A stretch of 64,000 nt of DNA from Methylacidiphilum caldifontis (GTDB lineage: Bacteria > Verrucomicrobiota > Verrucomicrobiia > Methylacidiphilales > CAMAQI01). A program made the position numbers and the translations under genes. The notes under the pieces were generated by a model. The model saw only the letters and a program-made list of their open reading frames with translations, made no database searches and was not told where the DNA came from. Every line of letters starts with the position of its first letter. Positions within the stretch are counted from its first letter, which is position 1. The stretch lies in assembly GCA_945877805.1 (NCBI GenBank), contig CAMCSM010000002.1, positions 2,650 to 66,649 of the forward strand, read 5' to 3'. Positions 37,303 through 47,588 of this stretch are shown here, one piece after another.

Positions 37303-38316
37303 TTAAAGGGTCAAACTCGTCATTTTACCGCCACGATGTTGGCGGTAGGAGGTAATGATTCGCTGGACGAGTTCGTGGCGAACGACGTCCATTTCGTCGA
37401 ATTTACAAAACTTAATCCCTTCGGTCTCACTTAAGGCTTGAATCGCCTCAATAAGGCCCGACTTTCGAGAATGGGGAAGATCGATCTGCGTCGGATCTCC
37501 GGTGATCACGCATTTAGAGTCCTGTCCAAGACGGGTGAGGAACATGAACATCTGTTCCGTCGTTGTGTTTTGGCTTTCATCGAGAATAATGAAACTGTTG
37601 CTCAGAGTCCGGCCTCGCATGTAGGCCAGCGGAGCAATTTCGATCACCGAGCGTTCCATGTAACGTTGAATCTCTTCCGGCTCGAGCATTTTATCTAAGG
37701 CATCATAAAGGGGACGGAGATACGGGGCAATTTTCTCTTTAAAATCTCCAGGAAGGAAGCCGAGGGCCTCTCCCGCCTCGACCGCCGGCCGAGTCAAAAC
37801 GATCTTTGAGATCTTCTCCGCTTTGAGCGCGGCGACGGCAACCGCCATCGCTAAATAGGTCTTTCCGGTTCCTGCAGGGCCGACTCCAAAAACGAGGTCA
37901 TTATTTTCGATCGCTTCAATGTACTCTTTTTGATGGATCGTTTTAGGAAGGATGAACCCTTTTTTCGTGGAGAAATCGATCCGTTTTTTATGAAGATCGG
38001 TGAGAGAAATTCCCGTGGAATTTGCGACTGATTGCAGAGCAAAATTAAACTCCGGCTTGCGAAGAATCGCCCCTTTTTTATGGGCCTCATGAAGCTGATT
38101 AAAAACGATGGTCGCTTTTTGAATCCCCTCTTTGGTTCCTTCGATTTTAAGCCAAGCATCCCGTGAGGTGATCTTGACGTCAAAGGTGATTTCAACGCGT
38201 TGGAGGATGAGGGGATCGTTTAAGTAGAGGGCTTGAGCGATCCGAGCATTTTCAAAGTTTAGTGTTTCAGAGCTAGGCATGTTCTTTAATGGTAGGGGCT
38301 CTTGGTCATTCGTCAA
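37303..38316 (-). CDS. phoH: PhoH-like ATPase (YbeZ)
   Basis: Walker A GPAGTGKTYLAMAVA, FIILDESQNTT and TGDPTQIDLP. Confidence 0.88.
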   Translation of the reverse strand: MTNDQEPLPLKNMPSSETLNFENARIAQALYLNDPLILQRVEITFDVKITSRDAWLKIEGTKEGIQKATIVFNQLHEAHKKGAILRKPEFNFALQSVANSTGISLTDLHKKRIDFSTKKGFILPKTIHQKEYIEAIENNDLVFGVGPAGTGKTYLAMAVAVAALKAEKISKIVLTRPAVEAGEALGFLPGDFKEKIAPYLRPLYDALDKMLEPEEIQRYMERSVIEIAPLAYMRGRTLSNSFIILDESQNTTTEQMFMFLTRLGQDSKCVITGDPTQIDLPHSRKSGLIEAIQALSETEGIKFCKFDEMDVVRHELVQRIITSYRQHRGGKMTSLTL

Positions 38317-38379
38317 TTCTCCTCCCCTGATTTTAAATCTTTAGTTTTTTCCCCGTTTAGCCGATACTAGACTACTATT

Positions 38380-38964
38380 ATGTCGAGTCATCCCCCTACC
38401 TCAGACCCTAAATCAGCAACCGTTCCGATTCGTATGGATCCGATTGCCGAGGATACTCTTTCCGATGATGACCTTGAGCCCACACAGGAATCGCGCAAAG
38501 AGCGTCTCTTTGGATTATTAAAATGGTTGTTATTTGTAGGAGGGGTAGGAGCGGCCCTGTATTTCGGGGGAAGCGCTCTTCGGGGCTACTGGGTTTCCGA
38601 CTTAGAGCAAAAATTGATCGAAAAAAATCAAGAACTCGAACTTTTAAAGCATGCGGAGCCTAAGGGGTCTGGCACCGTTGTTTTTGATGTCTCCATCAAA
38701 CAGGTGACCTCCTCTCCTCGGGGAAAGGCTTATTTGGCGATCGATTCGATGGGGCAACCTTGGTTTGTGATCAGTGGATTAGAATTTAAAGTGGGGGATA
38801 AGGTTTTATTAGAGCTGAAGATCGAGTCTCAATCGAAGTCCGCCCAAGTCTCTTTTCGAAAATCAAAAAAAGCGCAGTCTCCCGAAAGTCAGGAGGCGAC
38901 ACACGATTCCCACTCAGTGGATCATGGTCATTCCCATGAGGCGCCAAAGCCCGCCCATCCGTAA
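38380..38964 (+). CDS. hypothetical membrane-anchored protein with His-rich C-terminus
   Basis: One TM helix (LFGLLKWLLFVGGVGAALYFGG) and a C-terminal HDSHSVDHGHSHEAPKPAHP. No family recognised. Confidence 0.45.
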   Translation: MSSHPPTSDPKSATVPIRMDPIAEDTLSDDDLEPTQESRKERLFGLLKWLLFVGGVGAALYFGGSALRGYWVSDLEQKLIEKNQELELLKHAEPKGSGTVVFDVSIKQVTSSPRGKAYLAIDSMGQPWFVISGLEFKVGDKVLLELKIESQSKSAQVSFRKSKKAQSPESQEATHDSHSVDHGHSHEAPKPAHP

Positions 38965-39143
38965 TCTATCATAGTCCTCTTGGTTAATGTAAGTTATTCT
39001 TAAGTAATATCTTACAAAATAAATAAGACAACGAACATGGCTTTTTTGTAAATCGAAGATTTTGCTGTGCTTCTCTACCTCCTCGCACCAAACCATTCGA
39101 CCTTGATTAATGAGTGGTGGGTTTTCTAAAATATCGATCTATT

Positions 39144-39169
39144 TTTAAAGTTAATAGATTAACTTTAAA
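39144..39169. promoter_or_regulatory. perfect 12-bp-arm palindrome upstream of the FucP-like gene (candidate operator)
   Basis: TTTAAAGTTAAT-AG-ATTAACTTTAAA, 41 nt upstream of the ATG at 39210. Its core AGTTAATAGATTAACT matches the AGTTAAACGTTTTACT 16-mer at 55865 and 61191 at 12/16 positions. Confidence 0.4.
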
Positions 39170-39209
39170 AATTAGTTGATTTTATTGCGAGGTCGATTAT
39201 CTTTTTTCT

Positions 39210-40667
39210 ATGGCATCAATTCCTTCACAATCCAATTCATCATGCTCTTCAGTTAATGACGGTAAAAACTATCGTGCTCCCTTTGCACTCATGACTGCCC
39301 TCTTTTTTTTATGGGGATTTATGACGGTTTGGAATGATATCTTGATACCGCGATTCAAAGAGGCGTTTGAACTTAGCTATTTTCAAGCAATGCTCGTTCA
39401 ATTTGCATTTTTTGGGGCCTACGGGGTTGGTTCATTGATTTATTATATCATCTCGATGACATCAGGGGATCCGATCAATCGAATTGGCTATAAGAACGGA
39501 GTTATTTTAGGGCTTCTTATTGCCGCTGTGGGGAGTTTTCTTTTTTATCCTGCGGCATCGCTTTCCTCTTATCCCCTCTTTCTGATCGCTCTCTTTGTTG
39601 TCGGCTTAGGATTTGCAATGCTTCAAATTGCGGCCAATCCCTATGTGACCATTCTGGGTTCGGAGAAAACGGCTTCCAGCCGACTTAATTTATCTCAGGC
39701 ATTTAACTCTTTCGGTACTGCGTTGGGGCCCATTATTGGGGGATGGTTGATTTATGAAGTGTTTAGCTCAACGACCGGTCATGGTGCGGAATCTGTTAAG
39801 GTCCCATATTTGTGCTTTGGCGGTGTATTTATTCTCATGGCGATTCTTTTTAAGGTCGCTCATCTTCCTGACTTTAGTAATAACGATAAAGTTGAAGGGG
39901 GTTTGGGGGCATTGAAGCATCCCCATACAGCATTGGGAATGCTTGCGATCTTTATGTACGTCGGCGGAGAGGTTTCAATAGGAAGCGCCGTTGTGAATTT
40001 ATTAGAATCTCCGCAACTAGGATCCCTTTCACTTCAGACCGCCAGTGCCTTTTTGGCTTTTTTCTGGGGTGGACTGATGATCGGTCGATTCATGGGGGCG
40101 ATTGCCTTGAGTGAACTTTCTCCGAGGAATAAGCATTTGATCATGGCTGGAATTCCTGTCGTTTGTTTTTTGATCATCCTGGCGTTACCGGAAATTGCCT
40201 CACTCTTAAATCTGAGCTGGGCAGATCAAGCTGCGGAGATTTGTAGTTTTTCATCGATTATGCCTTATGGGATTTGTCTGATTCTATTACTTATTGCTTT
40301 CTTTCTAGGGGAGGCAAGTCCTCAACGGATGATTGCACTTTTTAGCGGAATTATTATTGCCCTTCTGATTACTGGAGTAATCACACAAGGAGAGACTGCA
40401 AAATGGGCGATCCTCGGGATCGGTCTTTTTTGCTCAGTGATGTGGTCTAATATTTTTTCCCTAGCGATCGAAGGTCTTGGAGCTTTAAAAAGCCAAGCCT
40501 CTTCGCTGCTTGTCATGGCGATTCTAGGGGGGGCGATCCTTCCTCCGATCCAAGGGGCAATTGCGGATCATTTCGGAATACAAATCTCCTTTATTGTTCC
40601 GATGATCGCCTTCGCCTACGTCGCCTTTTACGGTCTTTACGGTTATCGTGTTGGACGTAAAGCTTAA
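39210..40667 (+). CDS. FucP/GluP-family sugar:H+ symporter (MFS)
   Basis: LFFLWGFMTVWNDILIPRFKEAFELSYFQAMLVQFAFFGAY is the signature N-terminal block of the L-fucose / glucose-galactose permease family. 12 TM helices. Confidence 0.8.
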   Translation: MASIPSQSNSSCSSVNDGKNYRAPFALMTALFFLWGFMTVWNDILIPRFKEAFELSYFQAMLVQFAFFGAYGVGSLIYYIISMTSGDPINRIGYKNGVILGLLIAAVGSFLFYPAASLSSYPLFLIALFVVGLGFAMLQIAANPYVTILGSEKTASSRLNLSQAFNSFGTALGPIIGGWLIYEVFSSTTGHGAESVKVPYLCFGGVFILMAILFKVAHLPDFSNNDKVEGGLGALKHPHTALGMLAIFMYVGGEVSIGSAVVNLLESPQLGSLSLQTASAFLAFFWGGLMIGRFMGAIALSELSPRNKHLIMAGIPVVCFLIILALPEIASLLNLSWADQAAEICSFSSIMPYGICLILLLIAFFLGEASPQRMIALFSGIIIALLITGVITQGETAKWAILGIGLFCSVMWSNIFSLAIEGLGALKSQASSLLVMAILGGAILPPIQGAIADHFGIQISFIVPMIAFAYVAFYGLYGYRVGRKA

Positions 40668-40728
40668 GATTTAATCAGTGAACTTAGGAATAAGATAAAA
40701 ATACAGTTACATGAAATGGTAAATATCT

Positions 40729-42930
40729 ATGAAAAATAAACTTCTTGTGATCTCCTTACTTTGTCCTTTTTTTCTCTCGGGACAGGTTGATTTAGTAGAC
40801 CCAACAATTGGGGGGGTCGGTTTTCTTTTGGAACCCACTCGACCTACGGTTCATCTTCCGAATAGCATGGTTCGCATGTATCCAGTAAGAAAGGATCAAC
40901 TCGATGACCAAATTTCATTTTTTCCCTTAACGATTATCTCTCATCGAATGGGCGAACTTTTCTCGATCATGCCAGGGGAAAATAAACGAGCGACCTGGGA
41001 TCAAGAGGTTACAACTCCTTATTATTACTCAACCTACTTTGACGAGTCCCTCATTCAAACCGAGTTTACTCCAGAGGAAAGAAGTGGGTACTTTCGATTC
41101 AGTTTTCCATCTAATAATGCTGAGATTCATCTCAAAAATCTCTACAAAGGAGAATTGAATCTAGGGGCTGGAAATTCTGTAAGTGGATTCGAAGAGTTTA
41201 AAGGAAATAAGTCAGTCCAACCCATGCGAGCCTATGTTTATGGGGAATTCAGTACTTCGTTTAAAAGCGAACGTAAGGAAAAAGAGGGAAAGAAATATCT
41301 TTTTCTTAAGTTATCAAAAAAGACCATCGAATTTCGATATGGGATTTCACTGATTAGTGTCGAACAAGCCAAGAAGAATCTTTATCATGAAATTCCAAAT
41401 TGGGGTTTTGATCTGATGAAAAATAATGCAAAGGCTCGTTGGAATAAAACATTAGGTCAAATCTCAATCAAGGGAGGAACGGAGGCTCAACAACGTGTTT
41501 TTTACACCTCTCTTTATCGTACCTATGAGCGGATGATTAATATTACTGAAGACGGTAAATATTATAGTGCTTTCGATCATAAAGTTCATGAAGATGCTCG
41601 CCCGTTTTATACGGACAATTGGATCTGGGACAGTTTTCGTGCGCATACCCCGCTCAAAACCATTCTTAATCCCGAAATGTCAGCAGACCAACTTCAATCG
41701 TATGTTCGGATGTACGAACAGTCCGGCTGGGTGCCCTCATTTGCGGTTCTTTGGGGAGACCATGCATGTATGAACGGCAACCATGCTGCCGCTTGGTTTG
41801 CCGATTCATGGTTCAAGGGAATTCGAAACTTTAATATGTTAAAAGCCCTAGAAGGGGTTCGAAAGAACTCATTGGAAGCGACTCTGCTCCCTTGGCGAAA
41901 TGGACCTAAGGGGCCGCTCGATGATTTCTATAACGAAAAAGGTTTTTTTCCTGCTCTTCCTGAAGGGAAAAAAGAGACGGATCCGATGGTTTGCCCATTA
42001 GAATTTCGTCAATCCGTTGCAGTCACTCTTGGAAATAGTTACGACGACTGGTGTATTGCTCAACTTTCTCGAAGTGCGGGGAATAAAAATGATTACAACC
42101 TCTTTATGAAGCGAGCTCAGTTTTACAAAAATCTCTGGAATTCGAAGGAGGGATTCATGTGGCCCAAAGATGCTCATGGTAATTGGATCGAAGGGATTGA
42201 TCCGAAATTCGGAGGGGGTCGAGGGGGTCGCGCCTACTATGCTGAAAATAATGCTTACACTTATAATTGGGATGTGATGCATGATTTCGAAGGACTTTTT
42301 TCTATCATGGGAGGAGCTAAGGAGGCCGAGATGAAGCTCGACCAACTCTTTCGAGAAGGAAATGGAAGAAGTAAATTCGATTTCTTTGCTAAATTTCCTG
42401 ACGCATCTGGGCAAGTAGGCCAGTTTTCGATGGGTAATGAACCAAGCTTCAGTATTCCTTACCTCTACAATCAATTTGGGGCGCCTTGGAAAACACAAAA
42501 AAGAATTCGTAGTCTTCTGGATCAATGGTTCAACGACGATATTCATGGAATTCCAGGTGACGAAGATGGTGGAGGAATGACCGCGTGGGTTGTTTTTTCG
42601 ATGATCGGTTTCTACCCCACGACTCCAGGTCTTCCTGTATATGATTTTGGTAGCCCTCTGTTTGATCAGGTCATCATAAATCTCCGTAACGGTAAAAAAA
42701 TACAGATTGATGCTAAAAATAATTCTAAAGAGAACAAATATATTCAAAAAGTAAAAATCAATGGAAAAGCATGGAATAAAGCTTGGTTTCATCACGAAGT
42801 GATCGCCAATGGCGCTCTCATTGAAATTGAAATGGGAAATCATCCGAACCGCCAATGGGGTACAAGACCTGAAGATCTTCTGCGTCGTTCTGCGGAACTG
42901 AATCCCGACGATTTAGCGGTTGTACGCTAA
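40729..42930 (+). CDS. GH92-family alpha-mannosidase-like glycoside hydrolase
   Basis: Signal peptide. GNEPSFSIPYLYNQFGAPWKTQ and PGDEDGGGMTAWVVFSMIGFYP are characteristic GH92 blocks. 733 aa. Confidence 0.8.
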   Translation: MKNKLLVISLLCPFFLSGQVDLVDPTIGGVGFLLEPTRPTVHLPNSMVRMYPVRKDQLDDQISFFPLTIISHRMGELFSIMPGENKRATWDQEVTTPYYYSTYFDESLIQTEFTPEERSGYFRFSFPSNNAEIHLKNLYKGELNLGAGNSVSGFEEFKGNKSVQPMRAYVYGEFSTSFKSERKEKEGKKYLFLKLSKKTIEFRYGISLISVEQAKKNLYHEIPNWGFDLMKNNAKARWNKTLGQISIKGGTEAQQRVFYTSLYRTYERMINITEDGKYYSAFDHKVHEDARPFYTDNWIWDSFRAHTPLKTILNPEMSADQLQSYVRMYEQSGWVPSFAVLWGDHACMNGNHAAAWFADSWFKGIRNFNMLKALEGVRKNSLEATLLPWRNGPKGPLDDFYNEKGFFPALPEGKKETDPMVCPLEFRQSVAVTLGNSYDDWCIAQLSRSAGNKNDYNLFMKRAQFYKNLWNSKEGFMWPKDAHGNWIEGIDPKFGGGRGGRAYYAENNAYTYNWDVMHDFEGLFSIMGGAKEAEMKLDQLFREGNGRSKFDFFAKFPDASGQVGQFSMGNEPSFSIPYLYNQFGAPWKTQKRIRSLLDQWFNDDIHGIPGDEDGGGMTAWVVFSMIGFYPTTPGLPVYDFGSPLFDQVIINLRNGKKIQIDAKNNSKENKYIQKVKINGKAWNKAWFHHEVIANGALIEIEMGNHPNRQWGTRPEDLLRRSAELNPDDLAVVR

Positions 42931-42988
42931 AATAGAGGATTGATCTCCCTAGGTTGTTTCCTAAGGAATTGAATTGAATCTATTTTAG

Positions 42989-43020
42989 CGATTTAAAATG
43001 ATATCTTTCATTTTAAATCG
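42989..43020 (+). terminator. hairpin downstream of the GH92 gene
   Basis: CGATTTAAAATGA-tatctt-TCATTTTAAATCG, perfect 13-bp arms, followed by GATTTTG. Confidence 0.4.
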
Positions 43021-43046
43021 GATTTTGTCTCTCCTGTTTTAAAAAA

Positions 43047-43070
43047 GGTTTTTATTTTAAAATAAAAACC
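43047..43070. promoter_or_regulatory. perfect 24-bp palindrome 30 nt upstream of the GntR-PBP regulator gene
   Basis: GGTTTTTATTTT|AAAATAAAAACC with no spacer. Confidence 0.3.
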
Positions 43071-43099
43071 GCATGATTGCTTAGAATCCCATTTTAATC

Positions 43100-44224
43100 A
43101 TGAAACAGATCAGACTTTCTAAAAGCGCGCATATTTACAAAATCCTTAAAGCGGAGATTTTTTCTGGAAAATATAAGCCAGATGAATACTTTTACAGCGA
43201 AACAGAGGTGATGCAACGTTTTGAGGTCTCACGTCCGACTGCTATTCGGGTTCTGAAAGATTTACAACAGGATAAACTTCTTGTTCGTCGAGTAGGATCG
43301 GGGACCTATGTGAGTTCTCCCACTCAAGAAAAAAACTCCCCTTGGGGGGTGATGATGTCAACGGGGGAGTCGAGTCACTCGCTTCACCCCATGATCAGTC
43401 AGCTTTTGATTGCTACACGTAAAATCAATAAAACTCTCATCATCGGTGATCATAAATGGAGCGAACTCGAATCTCTTTCTCAAGAGGATCAGCGGTCAAT
43501 TCTCTTCAGACCTTTTCTTCAGGGACAAATTGAAGGGCTTTTTTTTGTACCTTTTTATGACAGCCCTCGTCAAAGCGAACGCAATTGCTATGATGATCTT
43601 TTAAATCCCTTTAATCGACTCTTTCTTGATCATCTTCAGCTCTTAAAAATTCCGGTTGTTTTGCTTGATTATGGGATGAATCCTTTTCCTTACCAATCTG
43701 ATCACGATCTTGTTTCGACAGATCACTTTCAGGGAGGCTATTTACAAGGACAACATCTTCTGCAAAATCCAGCGGGATCAATCCACTTTCTTTGTTCTGA
43801 ATCCCATGAATTTATCCCTTCTATCCAAGCCCGTCGCGAAGGAGTTCAATTTGCCCTTAGAGAAAAGGGGCTTTCGTTGAAAATCCATAAATTAGATCCT
43901 CATAATATCGAAGAGATCAACTGTTTTCTTAAAAAAGAAAAGCCGGATTATCTTATCGCTTCAAATGATGACTATGCGGCGAAGATCATTAATACGCTTT
44001 ATCAACTTCAAATTGCGATTCCAGATCAGATCAGAGTCATCGGCTTTGACAACAGCCCTGCCTCTGAAAATAGCGTTATCCCCATTACTACAGTACAACA
44101 GCCTTTCGCTGAGATTGCTGAAGTTGCTACAAAGATCCTTTCGGATCGCATCGCAGGAAACTCCCTTCCTCAGATAACGATTCTTTTGAAGCCTCAAATG
44201 ATCGTCAGAAGATCCTCTCCTTAG
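43100..44224 (+). CDS. GntR-type winged-HTH regulator fused to a LacI/PBP1-type sugar-binding domain
   Basis: N-terminus SETEVMQRFEVSRPTAIRVLKDLQQDKLLVRRVGSGTYV (GntR HTH). C-terminus IASNDDYAAKIINTL...IRVIGFDNSP (periplasmic-binding-protein type 1 fold). Confidence 0.75.
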   Translation: MKQIRLSKSAHIYKILKAEIFSGKYKPDEYFYSETEVMQRFEVSRPTAIRVLKDLQQDKLLVRRVGSGTYVSSPTQEKNSPWGVMMSTGESSHSLHPMISQLLIATRKINKTLIIGDHKWSELESLSQEDQRSILFRPFLQGQIEGLFFVPFYDSPRQSERNCYDDLLNPFNRLFLDHLQLLKIPVVLLDYGMNPFPYQSDHDLVSTDHFQGGYLQGQHLLQNPAGSIHFLCSESHEFIPSIQARREGVQFALREKGLSLKIHKLDPHNIEEINCFLKKEKPDYLIASNDDYAAKIINTLYQLQIAIPDQIRVIGFDNSPASENSVIPITTVQQPFAEIAEVATKILSDRIAGNSLPQITILLKPQMIVRRSSP

Positions 44225-44277
44225 TTTTGCTCCCTATCCATTCATTTAAAAAGTGAACAGCGAGATTGAGTGATTAA

Positions 44278-44305
44278 TTGACTTATTGATAAAACGATTT
44301 ACCTT
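44278..44305 (+). promoter_or_regulatory. promoter-operator module, class A (upstream of acetoacetyl-CoA synthetase)
   Basis: TTGACT-tatt-GATAAAACGATTTACC-tt. TTGACT is a -35-like hexamer and TACCTT is -10-like at 16-nt spacing. The module matches 48639-48666 at 24/28 positions. Confidence 0.45.
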
Positions 44306-44401
44306 ACATCTTATGATGGACCTACATTCAACTTATTTGTTTTCCCTCTTTTTGTTATTCGCGTTTAATTTCTATTCAACCATGCAAGTATTCGGAGTCT
44401 A

Positions 44402-46417
44402 ATGATGAGCCAATCTCTTTGGAGTCCTTCTTCGGAATTTATCTCTAAAACAAACCTGACTCATTATACCCAATGGCTATCAGACCAAAGAAATCTGAGA
44501 TTTTCTGATTATTCCGAACTTTGGAGTTGGTCGACGACTGAACCCCGAGATTTTTGGAAATCGATTGCGGATTATTATCAGGTCAAGTTTTATACACCTC
44601 CTGTGGAAGTTCTGACTGTTGATAAAATGCCGAATCATCAGTGGTTTGTTGGGGCCACCTTAAACTATGCCGAACATGCGTTGAGATCGAATTCGCTTCA
44701 GCCTGCAATTTTATTTGAGTCTGAATCAATCGATGGAGATCGAAAAACCATTGAAATTTCAAGAAAGGAGTTAAATCGTCAGGTAGCGTCGCTCGTCGAT
44801 AACTTACGTCAAATGGGAATAAAAAAGGGGGATTGTGTCGCCGGATTTCTTTTGAATACCCCTGAAACCGTCGTTGCTTTTTTAGCCACCGTCAGTCTCG
44901 GGGCGATCTGGACGAATTGTCCCTCAGAAATTGGAGTCAAGGGGGTCCTTGATCGTTTGACTCAAATCTCTCCGAAAATTCTCTTTGCAACGCCAACGCA
45001 TCGATATGGCGGGAAGTCCTATCAACATATTGAGGCTCTCCAAGAGATAGTTGAGGGTCTTCCGTCGTTGACTGACTTTGTCTACGTTCCTGTTCCCGTA
45101 TCCGACTTTGTTGACGTCATTATGGTGACCTCATATCTTGAAGTTCATCATTGGAGTTCATTAATAAGTTCTCCAAATCCTCCGGCGATTGTTTTTGAAG
45201 CCGTTTCGTTTGAGCATCCTCTTTGGATTCTTTATTCCTCTGGAACCACGGGAAAACCGAAGGCCATTGTCCACGGACATGGGGGAGTGCTTCTCGAACA
45301 TCTTAAGTCGCTCTCGTTGCATCTTGATATTCGTGCAGGGGATCGTTATTTTTGGTACACAACCTCTGGATGGATGATGTGGAATTTCCTCGTTTCCGGT
45401 CTTTTACTTGAAGAGGTGACGATTGTTTTGTATGACGGTAGTCCTAAGTACCCTGACTTTGCCGCACTTTGGGATTTAGTCGATCGACATGAAATTGACT
45501 ACTTTGGAACCAGTGCCCCTTATCTTGCTGCCTGTATGAAGGCCGAAATCTCACCTAAAAAGAATCTCGCTTTCAAAAATCTCCGCAGTATCGGCTCAAC
45601 AGCAGCTCCTTTGTCTTCAGAGGTTTTTGTATGGATTTATGAAAATGTCAAAAAAGAGCTGATGCTTGGTTCCGTAAGCGGAGGGACCGATATCTGTTCT
45701 GCCTTTGTTCTCTCCAATCCGCACCTTCCTGTTGATGCGGGAAAGTTACAATGTCTGGCATTAGGGGCGAAAATCGAGGCGTGGAATGAAAATCAAGAGG
45801 CCGTTTTCGGAGCTGTGGGGGAATTAGTTCTTACGGTGCCATATCCCTCGATGCCGGTTTTCTTTTGGGGAGATGATTCCGGAGAACGATTAAAAAGCAG
45901 TTATTTTGAAAAATTTCCAGAGATTTGGGTTCATGGTGATTGGATTGAAATTGAATCATTGTGCGGGCCCTGTGTGATTCATGGACGTTCCGATGCGACT
46001 CTCAATCGGGGAGGGGTTCGAATGGGAACTTCTGAGTTCTACTCAATTGTTGAAGAGCTTCCTCAAATTGTCGAAGCCTTAGTGATTGATACGGGCGGTT
46101 TTGGCCGAGAAGATAAGTTGCTTCTCTTCGTTGTAACCATTGAAGCGAATGTATTAGATGATTCATTAAAAGCGATCATTCACAAGAAGTTAAGAACCTT
46201 GGCCTCACCACGACATCTTCCTGATGCCATTTATGAAGTTCCAGCAATTCCGCGAACATTAACGGGAAAGAAAATTGAGATACCGATCAAAAAAATATTT
46301 TCCGGTCTCCCCGTAGATCAGGTCGTTCAACGGAACTCCTTATCCAACCCTGAATCTCTCGATTATTTTATCCACTTTTACGAGAACCAATTATCAAAGG
46401 AGTTAACTCATGTCTGA
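44402..46417 (+). CDS. acetoacetyl-CoA synthetase (acetoacetate-CoA ligase)
   Basis: N-terminus LWSPS..FI..TNL..Y..WL......F.DY.ELW.WS....FW is typical of AACS. AMP-binding motif YSSGTTGKPKAIVH. C-terminal RTLTGKKIEIPIKK. Confidence 0.85.
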   Translation: MMSQSLWSPSSEFISKTNLTHYTQWLSDQRNLRFSDYSELWSWSTTEPRDFWKSIADYYQVKFYTPPVEVLTVDKMPNHQWFVGATLNYAEHALRSNSLQPAILFESESIDGDRKTIEISRKELNRQVASLVDNLRQMGIKKGDCVAGFLLNTPETVVAFLATVSLGAIWTNCPSEIGVKGVLDRLTQISPKILFATPTHRYGGKSYQHIEALQEIVEGLPSLTDFVYVPVPVSDFVDVIMVTSYLEVHHWSSLISSPNPPAIVFEAVSFEHPLWILYSSGTTGKPKAIVHGHGGVLLEHLKSLSLHLDIRAGDRYFWYTTSGWMMWNFLVSGLLLEEVTIVLYDGSPKYPDFAALWDLVDRHEIDYFGTSAPYLAACMKAEISPKKNLAFKNLRSIGSTAAPLSSEVFVWIYENVKKELMLGSVSGGTDICSAFVLSNPHLPVDAGKLQCLALGAKIEAWNENQEAVFGAVGELVLTVPYPSMPVFFWGDDSGERLKSSYFEKFPEIWVHGDWIEIESLCGPCVIHGRSDATLNRGGVRMGTSEFYSIVEELPQIVEALVIDTGGFGREDKLLLFVVTIEANVLDDSLKAIIHKKLRTLASPRHLPDAIYEVPAIPRTLTGKKIEIPIKKIFSGLPVDQVVQRNSLSNPESLDYFIHFYENQLSKELTHV

Positions 46418-47588
46418 CGTCGTGATTACTAGTGCCGTTCGTACTTCAATTGGTCGACTAGGAGGCGGACTCAGTTCTCGCTCTTCTTGGGAGCTTGGAG
46501 GGACCGTTATTGCAGAGGTTCTTAAGCGATCGGGGGTTCATCCGAATGAAGTTTCTGAAGTGATTCTAGGGCAGGTCTTAACGGCGGGTGCAGGACAGAA
46601 TCCGGCCCGTAAAGCAGCTGTCTCTGCTGGGATTCCATTCGAAGTTCCTGCTTTTTTAATTAATCAACTTTGCGGATCGGGACTTCGTGCTGTTGCTCTG
46701 GGAGGGCAAGCGGTCAAGCTGGGGGACTCTGAGATTGTGGTGGTAGGGGGACAAGAAAGCATGAGTCAGGCCCCACACTGTTCTTTGCTTCGGAAAGGGA
46801 ATAAACTGGGGGATATCTCCTTTGTGGACACCTTAATTCACGATGGATTATGGGATGCCTTTGGGAATTGTCACATGGGAAAAACCGCAGAGAACATTGC
46901 TCAAAAATGGAACATTGATCGAGCCCAACAAGATCTGTATGCCTTGAATTCACAAAATAAAGCCATTGCCGCAAAAAATTCCGGACGCTTTATCGAGGAA
47001 GTTGTTCCTGTCTCGATCTACAATCCAAAGGGAGAGACAAGAGTCTGTGAAGATGAAGAAATCCGCATCGATACCACTCTTGAACGATTGGGGAATCTTA
47101 GACCTGTTTTTCAGAAAGAGGGAGGGAGCGTCACGGCAGGAAATTCCAGTGGAATTAGCGACGGAGCGGCGGCGCTTGTCTTAATGAGTTCAAAGAGTGC
47201 GTTAGCACGGGGGATAGAGCCCTTAGGTCGAATTGTTTCTTGGGCGAGTACCGGTCTCAGTCCCGAGATCATGGGGATGGGGCCTGTCTCTGCAACGAGG
47301 TTGGCTTTAAATAAAGCAGGATGGAAAATGGAAGATCTCGACTTGATTGAGGCCAATGAAGCTTTCGCATCACAATCCTGTGCCATTGCTGGGGAGTTGC
47401 GCTGGGATCTAGAGAAAGTGAATGTTAACGGTGGGGCGATCGCTTTGGGGCATCCGATCGGAGCCTCAGGAGCAAGAATTCTGGTGACATTACTCCATGA
47501 ACTCAAACGACGCCAGGGGCGACGTGGACTGGCGACGCTTTGTATCGGTGGCGGAATGGGAATTGCTCTTTGTGTTGAAAGAAATTAA
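46410..47588 (+). CDS. acetyl-CoA C-acetyltransferase (thiolase II)
   Basis: Active-site Cys context NQLCGSGLRA, the C-terminal NVNGGAIALGHPIGASGARI and CIGGGMGIAL. Confidence 0.92.
   Translation: MSDVVITSAVRTSIGRLGGGLSSRSSWELGGTVIAEVLKRSGVHPNEVSEVILGQVLTAGAGQNPARKAAVSAGIPFEVPAFLINQLCGSGLRAVALGGQAVKLGDSEIVVVGGQESMSQAPHCSLLRKGNKLGDISFVDTLIHDGLWDAFGNCHMGKTAENIAQKWNIDRAQQDLYALNSQNKAIAAKNSGRFIEEVVPVSIYNPKGETRVCEDEEIRIDTTLERLGNLRPVFQKEGGSVTAGNSSGISDGAAALVLMSSKSALARGIEPLGRIVSWASTGLSPEIMGMGPVSATRLALNKAGWKMEDLDLIEANEAFASQSCAIAGELRWDLEKVNVNGGAIALGHPIGASGARILVTLLHELKRRQGRRGLATLCIGGGMGIALCVERN

Noticed and set aside
41998-42855. 285-aa antisense ORF inside the GH92 gene
   Set aside because: It is a shadow ORF opposite a strongly supported CDS. 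The sequence is low-complexity and Ile/Phe/Ser-rich with no motifs.
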